Positions 22,877 to 35,529 of a DNA stretch of 64,000 nt are shown here, in pieces. The position numbers were made by a program, and so were the translations under genes. The stretch is taken from assembly GCF_006345805.1 (NCBI RefSeq), contig NC_042997.1, positions 22,506,001 through 22,570,000 on the forward strand. Direction: 5' to 3'. The DNA is from Octopus sinensis. Lineage: Eukaryota. The notes beneath the pieces were generated by a model. That model worked only from the letters and a program-made list of their open reading frames with translations. It was not told where the DNA came from and ran no database searches. Position 1 is the stretch's first letter. Every line of letters starts with the position of its first letter.

Positions 22877-25800
22877 TAGTTTTATTTTTATAGCGTGCTT
22901 TCACTTCACTACCGAGCGCAGCTCTGTGTGCCTTGGGTATGTGCTGTGATTGTTGTGATGCTCTGATGGTTATTGTATGGAAAGTGTTCTGCGTAGGATG
23001 TGTGCAGTGCCTAGTAGTGCAATTTTCTGTATGTTATATGTGTTTGTAAGTCCTGGTGTTTTTGTTATGTATTTGTCTGAATATTTTTTTATCATGCCTA
23101 ATGCACCTACTATGATAGGAATTGTTTCTGTTTCAGATTCCACATTCTAGTTACCTCTATTTCCAGGTCTTTGTATTTTGAGAGTTTCTCCATTTCTTTT
23201 AGAGACACGTTGTCATCAGCCGGTATTGATACATCAATTAGAAAGCATTTTTTTTCTTCATGGTCTCTGACAACTATATCTGGTCTGTTGGCCTTAATTT
23301 CTCTGTCTGTGTGTATCGGCATATCCCAGAGTATGGTTGCTTTCTCGTTTTCTGTGACCTTTTCTGGTGTGTGCCTATACATCTTTTTTCTGTTGTTATT
23401 CCATAATGTGGCATAGCTTCCAATGTATGTAGGTTCCAACTCTGTCATGTCTGTGAATATATTCCTTCTTAGCCAGGACTGGGCAGCTAGAGATAATATG
23501 ATTTATTGTTTCTTGTCCATCCACATATTCTGCAGTTACTTGTAATATTTCTTTTCATTACATGTTTTTGGTAATTCTGGTGGGGAGGCTTTGGTCTTGT
23601 GCTGCAATTAAAAATCCCTCTGTTTCTGCTTTGAGTCCTGAGCTTCTCAACCATTGCTGGGATTTTTCTTTGTCTATTTCTTTTGCGTTTAGTTTAGTCC
23701 AGTATTTACCATGAAGGGGCTTTTCTTGCCATCGTTTTATCATGGTTCGTTGCTGTTCTATTTTTAGTTTGGATTTCATTTGTTTTATAGTTTTGTTGTT
23801 CTCCATCTCTTCTTCTTCATCATGTTTATTAGGTGGTATGATTTCTTGTTTGTATTTGTCAGCTTCCTTAAATACTGAGAACAGTTTTTTGTTTTGCTCG
23901 TGTTTTGCCGCTATCTGGATCAGTTTTCCTTCCTTCTAAAGTAGATATTTTTGCAGTCCTATGGTGGTTATTTTATAGTAGTTTTCCAGCTGTATAAGCC
24001 TCTACCACCTTCTATACGTTGTATTATAGTCTTTCTATGTCAGATTTTGGGTGATGCATCCTAGATCCTGTCATTATTTTTCTTGTTTTCCTATCTATTT
24101 TGGTCAGTTCATTTCGTGTCCAGTTAAGGATATTGCAGCTGTAACTTATAACTGGGACAGTTAAAGTGTTGATACCTATTATCTTGTTTTTAGCATTGAG
24201 CTCTGTGTTTAGTATTGATCTAACTCGTCTATAATATTCTTTTTTTATTTTCTCTTTCATTTGTGTGTGTTGTGTCTTATCTAGTTCATGGATTCCTAAG
24301 TATTTGTAAGTTTGGCTTTGGTCTAATTCTTTTATTTCATTGGTTTTATCTAGTGTGATGTTGTTACTCTTAACTAGTTTTCCTCTTTTCATTGTTACTT
24401 TGGCGCATTTTTCTAATCCAAATTTCATATCTATTTCTTTGGTAAATCCATGAACTGTCTTTAATAGTGTTTCCAGCTGTTTGTCATTTGCAGCGTATAG
24501 TTTTAGGTCATCCATATATAAAAGGTGGCTGATCGTTTTGCCGTAACATTTATATCCGCATCCAGTTCTATTTAGCATATCAGATAGAGGTGACAGTGCC
24601 AAGCAGAAAAGGAGTGGAGAGAGCGTGTCTCCCTGGAATATTCCTCTTCTAATGGGGATGTCTTTGGTTTTCATGAGTCCCTCTTTTGTTTGGAGGTGTA
24701 TGACTGTTTGCCATTTATTCATAGAGTGCTCTATGAATTTTATGATTGTTGGTGCTACTTTGTTAATGGCTAGTGTTTCGAGGATCCATGTGGGGGATGC
24801 TATCAAACGCCTTTTTGTAGTCAATCCAGGCCATACTGAGGCCTTTCTTCTTTCTGTGGCTGTCTTCAGTTATGGCTTTATTAATCATTAGTTGATCTTT
24901 ACAGCCATATGAGCCTTTGCGGCATCCTTTCTGCTCTTCTGGGAACAGTTTGTTTTCGTCCAGGTGCTTGTTCAGCCTTTGTGATATCACTGCAGTAAAT
25001 GCCTTGAACATAGTAGGGAGGCAGGTTATTGGTCTGTAGTTTCTGGGTTTTCTGTTTCATTTGATTTGGGAATTAAGATGGTTTTCCCCTTCGTGAGCCA
25101 TTCAGGCATTGTCTCTGGCTCTGCTAGTACGTTGTTAAAGTTTTCAGCCAGCTTTTTGTGCATTCCTGTTAGATATTTCAACCAGAAGTTGGGGATCTTG
25201 TCATGCCCAGGTGCCTTCCAGTTGCTTAGTCTTTGCAGTGCCTGGGTGACCTCTTCAGTTGTTATGGGGGTCCAAAGTTGTTCAGATGCCGAGTTTGTTA
25301 TTTTCATACTCCTTTTTTTTGGTTGTTCGTTCGCCGACCATATTTCTCTCCAGAATTCTTCCAATTCTTCTGCCGTTGGTGCTGCAGTGACTTCTATTTT
25401 ATTTTTGCCCAGTTCTTGGTAGAACTTTTTGGGGTTGGAGTTGAACTTTTTGTTTTCTTCAAAGAAGCGTTGGCGTTTCTTGTACCGGCGGATCCTTTGT
25501 GCTTTGGCAAGGATATCTTGCTTCAGCTTTTCTTTTATTTCAGGCAAATCTTTCTCTGTGATGTTATATTTGCGGAGTATTTTCGTTCTCTTTTTGTTGC
25601 TCAGTAGCGTTGATTGTTTGCTGATTTCATTAAGAATCGACAGGTCTTTTCTAATTTTTTTTATTTTGCTTTGGATGTTATTTATCCACAGGGTTTGTTT
25701 GGGTGGTGGTACTCCTGTTTGGGTGGGTTTGGGTGAGTATCCAGCTTCTTTTGTGGCTGCAGTGGCTGCTGCGTATATTAGGTTATTTAGCTCAGTGATA

Positions 25801-26787
25801 TCACTTGTTTTTGATTCAGTGGCTATCAGTTCAGTGACGGCTAGGTTTATGCTGTTTATAATAGGTGTTGTTATTTCGTTTATTTTGATTCTTGGGAGGT
25901 ATGGTCTTTGGTCCATTTTGAGCTCTGTGGTTTTCAGTTCTTTGATTATTTTATTTTTTATATTATCATAATCATTAGGCTCCCCTTCGTTGTTACATCG
26001 TGTTTGTTGGGAATGTTGCGTTGTCTTCGTGTTTTACAGTTTCAGTGTTTATATTATTGGGCATTGTTGTGTGGCTTCTATCTACATTTTCTGGTGTATG
26101 TTTTCTTTTAGGTGTTCTATTTCTATTTCTGATATTTTTTTGTGTTGAGAATGTATCTTCGTACGTTAGCTAATTATTAGGGTTCATTGCTGTATCCAAG
26201 TCTATATCTCTATTATTTTCCTTCCATATTTTATATGTATGTGTTGTTGTATTTTCATTTTTTGGGTAGAGTACTGCTGTGAAGTATGCGTGTAAGATAG
26301 AAATGTATTCCTCACGTGTCCATTTACGTCTTTTGGGTTTTTTTGCAGAACATGAGGTACAACGTCCGGCCCATTATTTTGACGGTCGTCATTTTCGTAG
26401 GGTACCGGTCCGTTTATTTCTGTTGTCACATTATTTCGCACGTGTAGTTTTTCGTACATCGCTCGATTGTTATTCTTGGGTTGAATAGTATCGGTGGCAT
26501 TTTATTTCTTCGTAGTTCCTTTGTACATGGTGTTTGGGGTCGAGGATGATCGTGATGTTTCACGCATGTTTACATGTGTTGCGTTAGAGATGGAGATGAT
26601 ATCGAGTCAAAATACATCATTTCGTTTCGAAAATAGTAATAAATTTCAATTAGCATTACTTACTCGGATACAGTCCAATTCTTTGTTAGTAAAACTTTGG
26701 CTCCATAGGATGTCCTTGTTTTCGATGTTTGTGGATAGGTTTCGGAGCCCTGAATTTTCCTTCTTACATCTTAAACGTTCCGCGTCT
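22872..26787 (-). mobile_element. Near full-length, frameshifted R4/Dong-clade retrotransposon (RT plus RLE)
   Basis: NWKAPGHDKIPNFWLK, EQKGCRKGSYGCKDQL, GIFQGDTLSPLLFCLAL, HLLYMDDLKLYA, YKYLGI and ANRPDIVV..LIDVSIP are split across ORFs 23110-25916. TTA tracts lie at both ends. Confidence 0.92.
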
Positions 26788-28929
26788 TATTATTATTATT
26801 ATTATTATTATCATTATTATTATTGTTGTTGTTGTTGTATGACATAACTATTCCCTCTACGCTGTGTGCACACATATTTTGAAGTGCACAAGTAATCAAT
26901 GCATACACAAGAATTTATGTTGCACATAAATAGTTGTCTAAAATAATGTAAAAATTAATAGCTATATTCAGAGCCTTCATACTTAGTCGCAGAAAAAAGT
27001 TTTGCACAATATAAGATAAATAATCATTCTGACTTAGAGAAATTAGAGGAAACATTCTGATAGGACATACTGATAAGACTCCGTGAGGAAGAATTTGAAA
27101 CTCAAGAAGAACTATTTACATTAAGAAATCAAGATGAGAGGTAGGTGAAAAATCACAGGTAGTTGATTAATTTCAGTTTTGCCATGAATCCATCTGACAA
27201 TCCCTTAAAGAAACACACTTAAAATTTTCCCACGACACAATAAATCTTGTCCTTGAACGTTATTGTACTTTTTGTTCACTGATTGGATCTCGTTCAGGCT
27301 TATACTCAATTTTCCTAACAGCAAGTTTGATTCTCATCTGAATAAGAGCCACAGCTAAAAGAGTAACTTAAACCATTTTCATACATATGCCTTTCTACAT
27401 CCAATTCATAACCAAATCCAGCCCCTAAAAACACACGAAAGAACACAGTTAACAGCAACCAGGGGAAGTTACTTACTAGCATCAACAGGAACGAAAAGAA
27501 TACATTTCTGCATCGATACCAATGTTCGGAAACAATCTCCTCTTGCATCAAGATTTCCGTACAGTAAGAGCTATTGTTGACAACATTACTCTTCAGTCTT
27601 TAGAAGTTCAGTGAAATTAGTGGCGTTATCCTGGATACATTCGGTGATCAATGGTATGAGAATCTCCAAACTAAATTACCCGTGTACTATATTTACGTCC
27701 TATCTTTTATATCGGACTTTTCACTCCACACTCCATAAATTTTGACGTACCCCAAATTTATATCTCCCACGCATGTTTGTAAATCAGTGTATGTGCACAT
27801 GTGATGTATATCTATGTAGGAGTGTATCATTGTGTTTAACTTATTAAGACGTCAATGTCTGGCACAATTCATATCCTGGTTGCATTAAGACGTTTCTTTA
27901 ATATTGCTTATTTCTTTTGTTTTGCAAGCATGGCCATGTAGGTAACATTTAAATGTTTGGTTATCATTTGGTCATTTGCCACGTTCTGTAAAGAATGACT
28001 CATTGCAGAATTCTTCAAGGTGTGATACTCAATACAGACCAGGATGTCATCTAAAAGGACTCGAGATACTATTCATGTTTTCTACAAAATAATTTTCTAG
28101 GAAAAATTACAAAAAACTCTAAGTAGTCATAAATGTGTACATACACTAAGAAACCATACGTACAAAAGAATGTAATTACTTGGACTTAAAAGAAATTTAT
28201 GCAACCACAAGTAAAACTTATATAAGCATGCCCCAGCATGGCCACAGCTCATGAGCTGAAACTAGAATCAATCATATCTTCTATATTTCGTTTCATATTC
28301 ACACTTACTGCGAGGATAACTTGTCAAATATTATCATCGTTAAGGATAAATTTTTTTTTTTAGGAATAACTCATTCATTGTCTGATAGATAAGCCAGTGA
28401 TAACCTTTTGGTAACCAACGTACAACTAGATAACACTGATATGACGTAGGCATGGGTGGTTTTTCAGTATTTTAATTTTATTTGCATCCTAATACAAGCA
28501 ATTATCACGATTTCAGTCTATATGTGTGTGTGCGTGCATGAGTGTGTGTTAAATATACAACAGTTTTCTATACATCAGCAGCCCTTAATATTGTGCATTC
28601 CCAACAGCGAACTGAAATAATTTACGCACACAGACCAGAGTTTCTTTGGTCTTTCTTGTGCTTTAAAACCTAACATCTTGATTTTAGTTCCTTAGTACAC
28701 TCATGGGGAGGACTTTTAATTCCTTTGAAAACCATTATTAGCTAATGCGTTTCACAAACTGATTTTTCATGCACACTCTATCTCTGTCTCTTTCTTTCTC
28801 TCTCCCTCTCTCTTTCTATCGATCTATCTTCTCCCCCCTCTCTCTCTCTCTCTCTCTCTCTCACTTTCATTCTTTCTTTCAATCTCTTTCTCTTCATATA
28901 TATATGGAGAGAGAACGAGATAGAGATCC

Positions 28930-28990
28930 TTGTGAGTGGGTTTGGTGGACGGAAAGAAGCCCGTCGTATATTTGTTTGCTTGTGTGTGTG

Positions 28991-29025
<35 letters not shown>

Positions 29026-29222
29026 CTGTGTCTGTGTCTGTCTGTCTGTCTGTCTGTGTCTGTCTGTCTGTCTGTGTCTGTCTGTCTGTCTGTGTCTGTC
29101 TGTCTGTGTCTGTCTGTGTCTGTCTGTCTGTGTCTGTGTCTGTGTGTGTGTGTGTGACCACTGCTTGACAACCGGAGTTTTATAGACGTCGCCGTAACTT
29201 AGCAGTTCGACCTGCTAAGTTA
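28930..29222 (+). mobile_element. Partial SINE with an expanded internal (TG)/(TCTG) microsatellite
   Basis: gacggaaagaagcccgtcgtata...gtcgccgtaacttagcagttcg matches the SINE at 56880-57260. Confidence 0.6.
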
Positions 29223-32200
29223 CACCAACACACACAGACACAATTACAGCAATAAACACAAAGAATGAAAAACTCGTTGCATACCTAAAAGACAAAACAA
29301 GTACAAACATAACAGATTTCGTTATACCAACACACAACACACCACCAGCACACATTCTCACAATCAAAATCAACGCAACATACAGTGACATAAAACAAAT
29401 ATTCCCTAACGATGTCGGATCGTTAGGGAAAAGTTTCTCAAAGAAACTTTATAAAAATATCGTGGAAGCACCCGTGCAAAAGCACAAGGGAGCCACCCCC
29501 ACCACCAACAACAGTAAGTAGAGCCTTTTTCTCCTTTTATTTTTTTTTCTCACCTTTGAAACATGGCAAAACTTAGAATCGGTTGCTTGAATGTGAGAGG
29601 CCTCGGGTCACCTTGGAAACAGTGTCACCTGTTAAACGACCTGAGGTTTCATGATGTGGATGAAGCAGCCATTAGTGAAACCAGGCTCTCTGACCCGCAG
29701 GAACTCGCAGCCCTTTTCGGCGGATACGAGATCTTTCTATCTCCGTGTCGGCCGGGAGCGGGCGGTGGTCGTACTGCGGTGTTGTTTCGGAAGGGCCTGG
29801 ACTTGAAAATAAGGACAGTCATCCTGGATCCGGAAGGTAAGTTGGTGGTCCTCGACGTAGACGGTAGTGACGGCGGTGATTTCAGACTGCTGGCTGCCTA
29901 CGCTCCGACAGGAGCAGGGCAGTCGGATTATTTCAAACATCTGGAAGTTTTCCTGGGAACGTCACGCACCCTAGTGCTAGTTGGGGATTGGAACGCTGTC
30001 TTAGACGAACGTTTCGATCGGGTGGGCAGGGGAGCGTCTGATAGGAGAGGAGGGTGCAAGAGCCCCGCCAACCTACTCGGACGCTTTCAGCTGTCCGACA
30101 GGTTTCGACTAGACAACCCGAATGTGCCAATGTGGACTTGGACCAATCGCATCGGGTCGTCTAGATCGTACTTAGATAGAGTGTTTTGTAGGCCAGCGGA
30201 TAAGGACAGCGTAGGGTGTCCACAATTCCACCTAGTCGACTACACGGACCACAAATTAGTGATCTGTACGGTCGACTTAGACAGGGACCCGGCTACTGGA
30301 AGCTGAACGCGTCGTTAACGGCGTGCAAAGCTTACAGAGACCGGATTAGTTTACTAGTTAAGCGGGCGCTCACGGGGGCAATCATCAACAACAACTGGTG
30401 GTTTGCCCTCAAGAGAGCAATTAGAGTAGAGTCGATTAGGTTTAGTAAGACTCTAGCTATTGAACGTAGGAAGAGAGAGCGGGATTTAGTTAAGAAACTA
30501 GACGAGGCTCTTGAGACTGGCATCGCGACCGACGTGTTGGCGGCAAGGTTGGCCCTCGACCAACACTTTGACGCCAAACACGAAGGCTGCGTTGTCAGAG
30601 CTAAGGCACGTTCGCTAAGCGGGGAGGGGATTAGAGCCGCTCGATGGGCCCGCGTGGCGGAGGCGAAGCGAGGCAACAAAGCAACCATTCGGTCTTTGGT
30701 GGACCAGAACGGGCGCGAGGTTACCGAACCGAAGCAGATGTGTGCGGTGTTTCAGCGGCACTTTGCTCATCTGTTTGGGACGACGAGCTGTGGAACGGAC
30801 ACCAACGGTACAGACTTCGGTGGGTACCTGGACGGCCTACCGCGGCTCTCGAACGGCGAGGCAGAGTGCTGTGAAGGACCGATATCTGCCTGGGAAGTGG
30901 AGGAAGCGATGAAGAGTTGCACGAGAGGTAGATCGCCGGGTTTGGATGGTCTGCCCTACGAGCTTTACACTTCAATGCCAGACTTGTCTGCGGGCCTGTT
31001 AGCAAACGTCTACTGCAACTGGCAGCAAAACGGGAGAATTCCTGCTTTTGTCTGTCGAGGGGGTGGTGGCTTTGCTAAAAAAGGACCCAAACAAGGGGGA
31101 CGTTATAGGGAATTTTCGGCCCATCACTCTGCTCAATGCAGAGATGAAGATTTTGGCCAAGGTGCTAGCCAAGATATTGGCGCTTGTCGTGGACAAGCTG
31201 GTTGACAAGACGCACACATGCGCCGTGCCGACCAGGTCGATACACGACAACCTCCATCTCATGTGCTACATCATAGAGAGGGTGGGTAACGACGCTGGCG
31301 CGGGTGGGGCTTTGATCAACTTAGATCAGAGTAAAGCCTTCGATAGGGTCGACCATCGGTACCAGGCAGCTGTTCTCAAGGCAGCCGGCTTCGGTCCAGT
31401 CTTCCGCGGGTGGATCGCTGCTTTATACGGCAACATCTGCTCGGGGATACGGGTGAACGGTCACCTTTCGGAACCGTTTGATGCCCTCTCTCCTCCCTCT
31501 TCTACAAGTTGGAGGCTTTGAGAGGTATCCCGCGCGATCTAGAAGGCGGAAACAGCGTGTCTGCCTATGCCGACGACGTCACCGTGATGGTGTCGAGCCA
31601 CAGGCACATTGGCCTGATTGGCGAGACACTAAACGAATACGAAGCGGTGACAGGGGCAAAGATGATTAACGCGGAAAAGTCTATGGGCTTGCAACTGGGC
31701 ACCTGGAGAGGCAAACCCATGCCGTCCAACAGCGTCGTAGGGCGCTGGACAGACGGACCCGTTAAACTGCTCGGGGTCTGGTTCGGTCCGGACCTCCAGG
31801 TGGATAAAAACTGGGAAGAGGTGACGAGCAGGGTGGCACGTCTCACCCAGAAATGGGCCGAGAGGAAGCTGTCCCTGAAAGGTCGAGCGGAGGTGGCGAA
31901 TGTGTACATCGTATCCGTCATCTATTACCGCTTGACCGTCGTCCCTTGTCCCGACCGCTGGTTGGCCAAGCTGGTACACCTGCTCTTCGACTTTTTGTGG
32001 AAGGGTTAGGTACCACTGGTCAGGCGATCCATCTGCTGTCAACGACCGCTGAACGGAGGCCTTGGCATGCCGTGGTTACTGATGCACACACATGCGCTCA
32101 GGCTGCGACATCTCAAGCGTTTCCTAGACGGTGAACAGGTGTGGTCGTCTATTGTCAGACGCGACTTTCCGCAGCTCGTCTCTTTGACAGAGCTGCAGAC

Positions 32201-33200
32201 CTGGATCAAACGTAGACCGAGAAAGGGCGCTTGGCACCTCGAGTGCCGTCAAGCTCTCTCCGCCCTCCGCCAGGCGAGCAATGCGATCGGTTTCAGCTCC
32301 ACTCTAGCGTTCTATAGAGGATTAGTGGAGGAAAAATGTGACGACGTTCTCGGGGAAACTCTAGGCGTTGACGATAACGAACTGAGCGGTCTGTTCGGGA
32401 GGACTTTCGGGCCGGGGCCAATGGATAATTTCCAGAGGTCGCTCGCCTGGCAGTGCTACCGAGGGGCTCTGCCTGTTCGGGATAAACTCTACCGGCACGG
32501 AAGTGCCGTCAGCCGAGCCTGCCCGAGGTGTTGCCAGGACGACGAAACCGTTCTGCACTCACTCGTCCAGTGCCCGAGTATTGCTGAACTATGGGTTTAT
32601 GTCGAACAGCTACTGTCACGTGTAGGACGGATCCGGCTATCAGCCGAATCCATAGTGAAGATTGCCCCGCCGACCTCCTTTAACAAGGAGGGTGAGGCCG
32701 TTTTCCTGTGCCTAGTGGCTGTGGCAAAAGAGGTTGTATGGTGGACCCGTTTGAAAGGGCTAAAGTCAGACACTTTCCTCTTCGGTAAAGGCCTCATCAA
32801 CTTTTTCAAGTTTCACTTGAAAAGGAAGATGAGGTTAGAGAAGAGAGTACTGTCCGATAGCAAGTTTTCTGAAATGTGGGTGAATTGTGCGAGAATGGCC
32901 AGTATAAATGGACCAATTCTCAGGTTTCGCCTATGATTGAAAAAGGTTTAATAAAAGGAGAAAGGGGCTCTCTACCCCACTTTTGACTAGGCTCCCGTTG
33001 GCTTTTATGGGTTTTTTCCACCAGGAACCTTTCGTAACGCCTCCCCCTTTTGGGAGATTTTCATTGTTATAATCTTTCGTTGTTAAACTGTTTTTGCTCG
33101 GATTTTTCACAAATGGACAAAACCCTTTGTAACCTTTCGTCTTGTTTTGTCCCTATATGTTTACTAATCATGTGTGTCAGCCCTTGTGACCAATAAAAAG
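29222..33200 (+). mobile_element. Tx1-like (L1 clade) LINE, 5'-truncated in ORF1, ORF2 broken by frameshifts
   Basis: APE: GCLNVRGL, AISET, LVGDWNAVLD, SYLDRVF, YTDHKLV. RT: SPGLDGLPYE, FRPITLLNAE, DQSKAFDRVDH, SAYADDVTV, LLGVWFG. C-terminal CPRCCQDDETVLHSLVQC. Ends at aataaaaaga next to (tta)n. Confidence 0.93.
29563..32936 (+). pseudogene. Tx1-like ORF2 (EN-RT-zinc finger), frameshifted near 30285, 31045, 31490 and 32010
   Basis: Consecutive track ORFs 29563-30306, 30216-31205, 31048-31521, 31509-32009 and 32067-32936 carry successive ORF2 motifs. The QGCPLSP region is damaged by deletion. Confidence 0.9.
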
Positions 33201-33262
33201 AATTAATTATTATTATATTATTATTATTATTATTATTATCATCATTATCATTATTATTATTA

Positions 33263-33309
<47 letters not shown>

Positions 33310-33336
33310 TTATCATCATTATCATTATTATTATTA

Positions 33337-33382
<46 letters not shown>

Positions 33383-33468
33383 CATCATATCATTATTATT
33401 ATATTATTATTATTATTATTATTATTATATTATATTATTATTATTATTATCATCATTATCATTATTAT

Positions 33469-33499
<31 letters not shown>

Positions 33500-33542
33500 T
33501 ATTATTATATTATTATCATCATTATCATTATTATTATTATCA

Positions 33543-33586
<44 letters not shown>

Positions 33587-33799
33587 CATCATTATCATAT
33601 TATTATTATCATTATTATTATTTTATTATTATTATTATTATTATTATATTATTATTATTATCATCATATCATTATTATTATTATCATTATTATTATTATT
33701 ATTATTATTTATTATTATTATTATTTTATTATTATCATTATTATTATTATTATTCTTATTATTATTATATTATTATATTATTTATTATTATCATTATTA

Positions 33800-33833
<34 letters not shown>

Positions 33834-33902
33834 TTATTATTATCATCATTATCATTATTATTATCATTATTATTATTATTATATATTATTATTATTATTA
33901 TT
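33201..33902. repeat. Imperfect (TTA/TCA)n microsatellite, about 700 bp
   Basis: Directly visible. Confidence 0.95.
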
Positions 33903-34435
33903 TCTTTATTAGCCTCAAGGGTTTGCATTAAGAAAAACTTTATAAACAGTACAGGACAAAACAAAGAATGTCTGTGTGCATGTGTGTGTTTGTTGTGGGG
34001 GATACAAAGATACATAGTGTGGGTGTATAGAAAATCAAATGAAGGTGGAAAGTGCGTGAAATTAACGTTTACCTTGTATACAATTAATGAAGCGGTATCA
34101 TAGTTATTTCTACTGGCCTTCTCTCCTATATTTTGTGTTATAATCTAAATAATATTAATGGCAAAAATATCATTTTCACTTATTAAACTTGCACGCACTT
34201 GTGCTTTTTTTTTTTGAAAAATGTGCTTTGTTCATATTTTTTATTTGTGTTTGTTGTTGTTGTAGACACCATTTTTACTACAAGCATGTTAACCGGAAAC
34301 AAAAATGTGTCTAAAAAGAGAGGTCTTGAAAAATTCATCCTGTATGACGAACGTCCATCTAAACTTCTCGAATACGATTCACTTCTGAAGTAATCCGAAA
34401 AAAGAAGCTTCCTCCTTTTAATAAACATGTAGAAA

Positions 34436-34823
34436 TCTCTCTATATATAAAGCTGAAGTTGTCAGTGTGTATGGCAGGTTTGGTAGCCTTCAACTAACAC
34501 TATCTCCTCCGAGACCCTGCGGCGCAAGTTGACCATAATTGAAAGTATGATAGAAGAAGGCTTGCTCTTCCTTCCGTAGAAGAAAAAATTCAAATTGGAC
34601 CATGTTAACACCAAAAATTATTTACATCAAAAAGGTGCTTTTCTTATATGAAAATCCCCATTTTTTTTACGATTTTTTGACTGCTGTGTCGCCATTTTTC
34701 GGTGTATTTCAACCAGAAAAATGTTCACTTAAACAAACTACATAATGCAAACTTTTTACTTTTCAAGAATTCCAATTCTAAAGGGTTAAAATAAACACGA
34801 GCAACGCCGGGCGATACTGCTAG
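34436..34823 (+). mobile_element. Non-autonomous Helitron-like element
   Basis: Starts TC (tctctctatatataaagc) after an A. Ends with a short GC hairpin cgccgggcg followed by CTAG, then T. No TSD. This fits the A|TC...CTAG|T rule. Confidence 0.75.
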
Positions 34824-34830
34824 TAATTTA

Positions 34831-34959
34831 GGATCTTTTCCTTTTGATGGACGGAATTTCTAGTTAACTAAACAATTTGAAACTTCGTATACTGGTAGAA
34901 TGTATCAAAAGAAAACATTAATTTCACTTGGCTTTTTTGAGAAAATTGTAATTTGTAAG
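34831..34959 (+). mobile_element. Left 129-bp terminal inverted repeat (partner at 39477-39605)
   Basis: TA|ggatcttttccttttgatgg... has three mismatches to the reverse complement of 39477-39605, which is followed by TA. Confidence 0.85.
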
Positions 34960-35460
34960 CGTTCGGAGCGAGCAAAGAGTTGGCGGCCGGCGACAGGCGG
35001 TGCGATCGATCGAAAAGCCGTCATCTCGGCGGCGATATCGCCCGCGAGTGTATGCCCGGTAGCGTGCGTAACACACGGACGCATCGTGTTTATGCACGCG
35101 GCTAAGGCGGTGATAGACAGCTAATGCGTGCATGAATGCGATGCGATCTCTGCCCAGTGTGCCGAAGTGAAGAATGCATTAAGTAAATAAAAAGCAAGCG
35201 ATTATTAGAGAGCAATAGCGTTTGGAGCGAGCAAAGAGTTGGCGGCCGGCGAAAGGCGGTGCGATCGATCGAAAAGCCGTCATCTCGGCGGCGATATAGA
35301 GCACGAGCGCGTGCATGAACGCGTGTTACGCACGCTACCGGACACACACTCGCGGGCGATATCGCCGCCGAGATGACGGCTTTTCGATCGCTCGCACCGC
35401 CTGTCGCCGGCCGCCAACTCTTTGCTCGCTCCGAACGCTATTGCTCTCTACTACAAATCG
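34958..35460. repeat. CpG-rich nested direct/inverted repeat (fold-back)
   Basis: One unit occurs at 34958-35074 (+), 35207-35297 (+) and 35323-35449 (inverted). Confidence 0.9.
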
Positions 35461-35529
35461 CTTGCCTGCATCCAACTTTATTACTAATATAATCATCATC
35501 GTCGTCGTCGCTGTCATCATCATCATCAT

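Noticed and set aside
26950-27600. Protein-like stretch (SEPSYLVAEKSFAQYKINN..LREEEFETQEELF) vaguely reminiscent of Polinton proteins
   Set aside because: Short, contains stops and has no diagnostic motif. It would need a significant tblastx/HMM hit.
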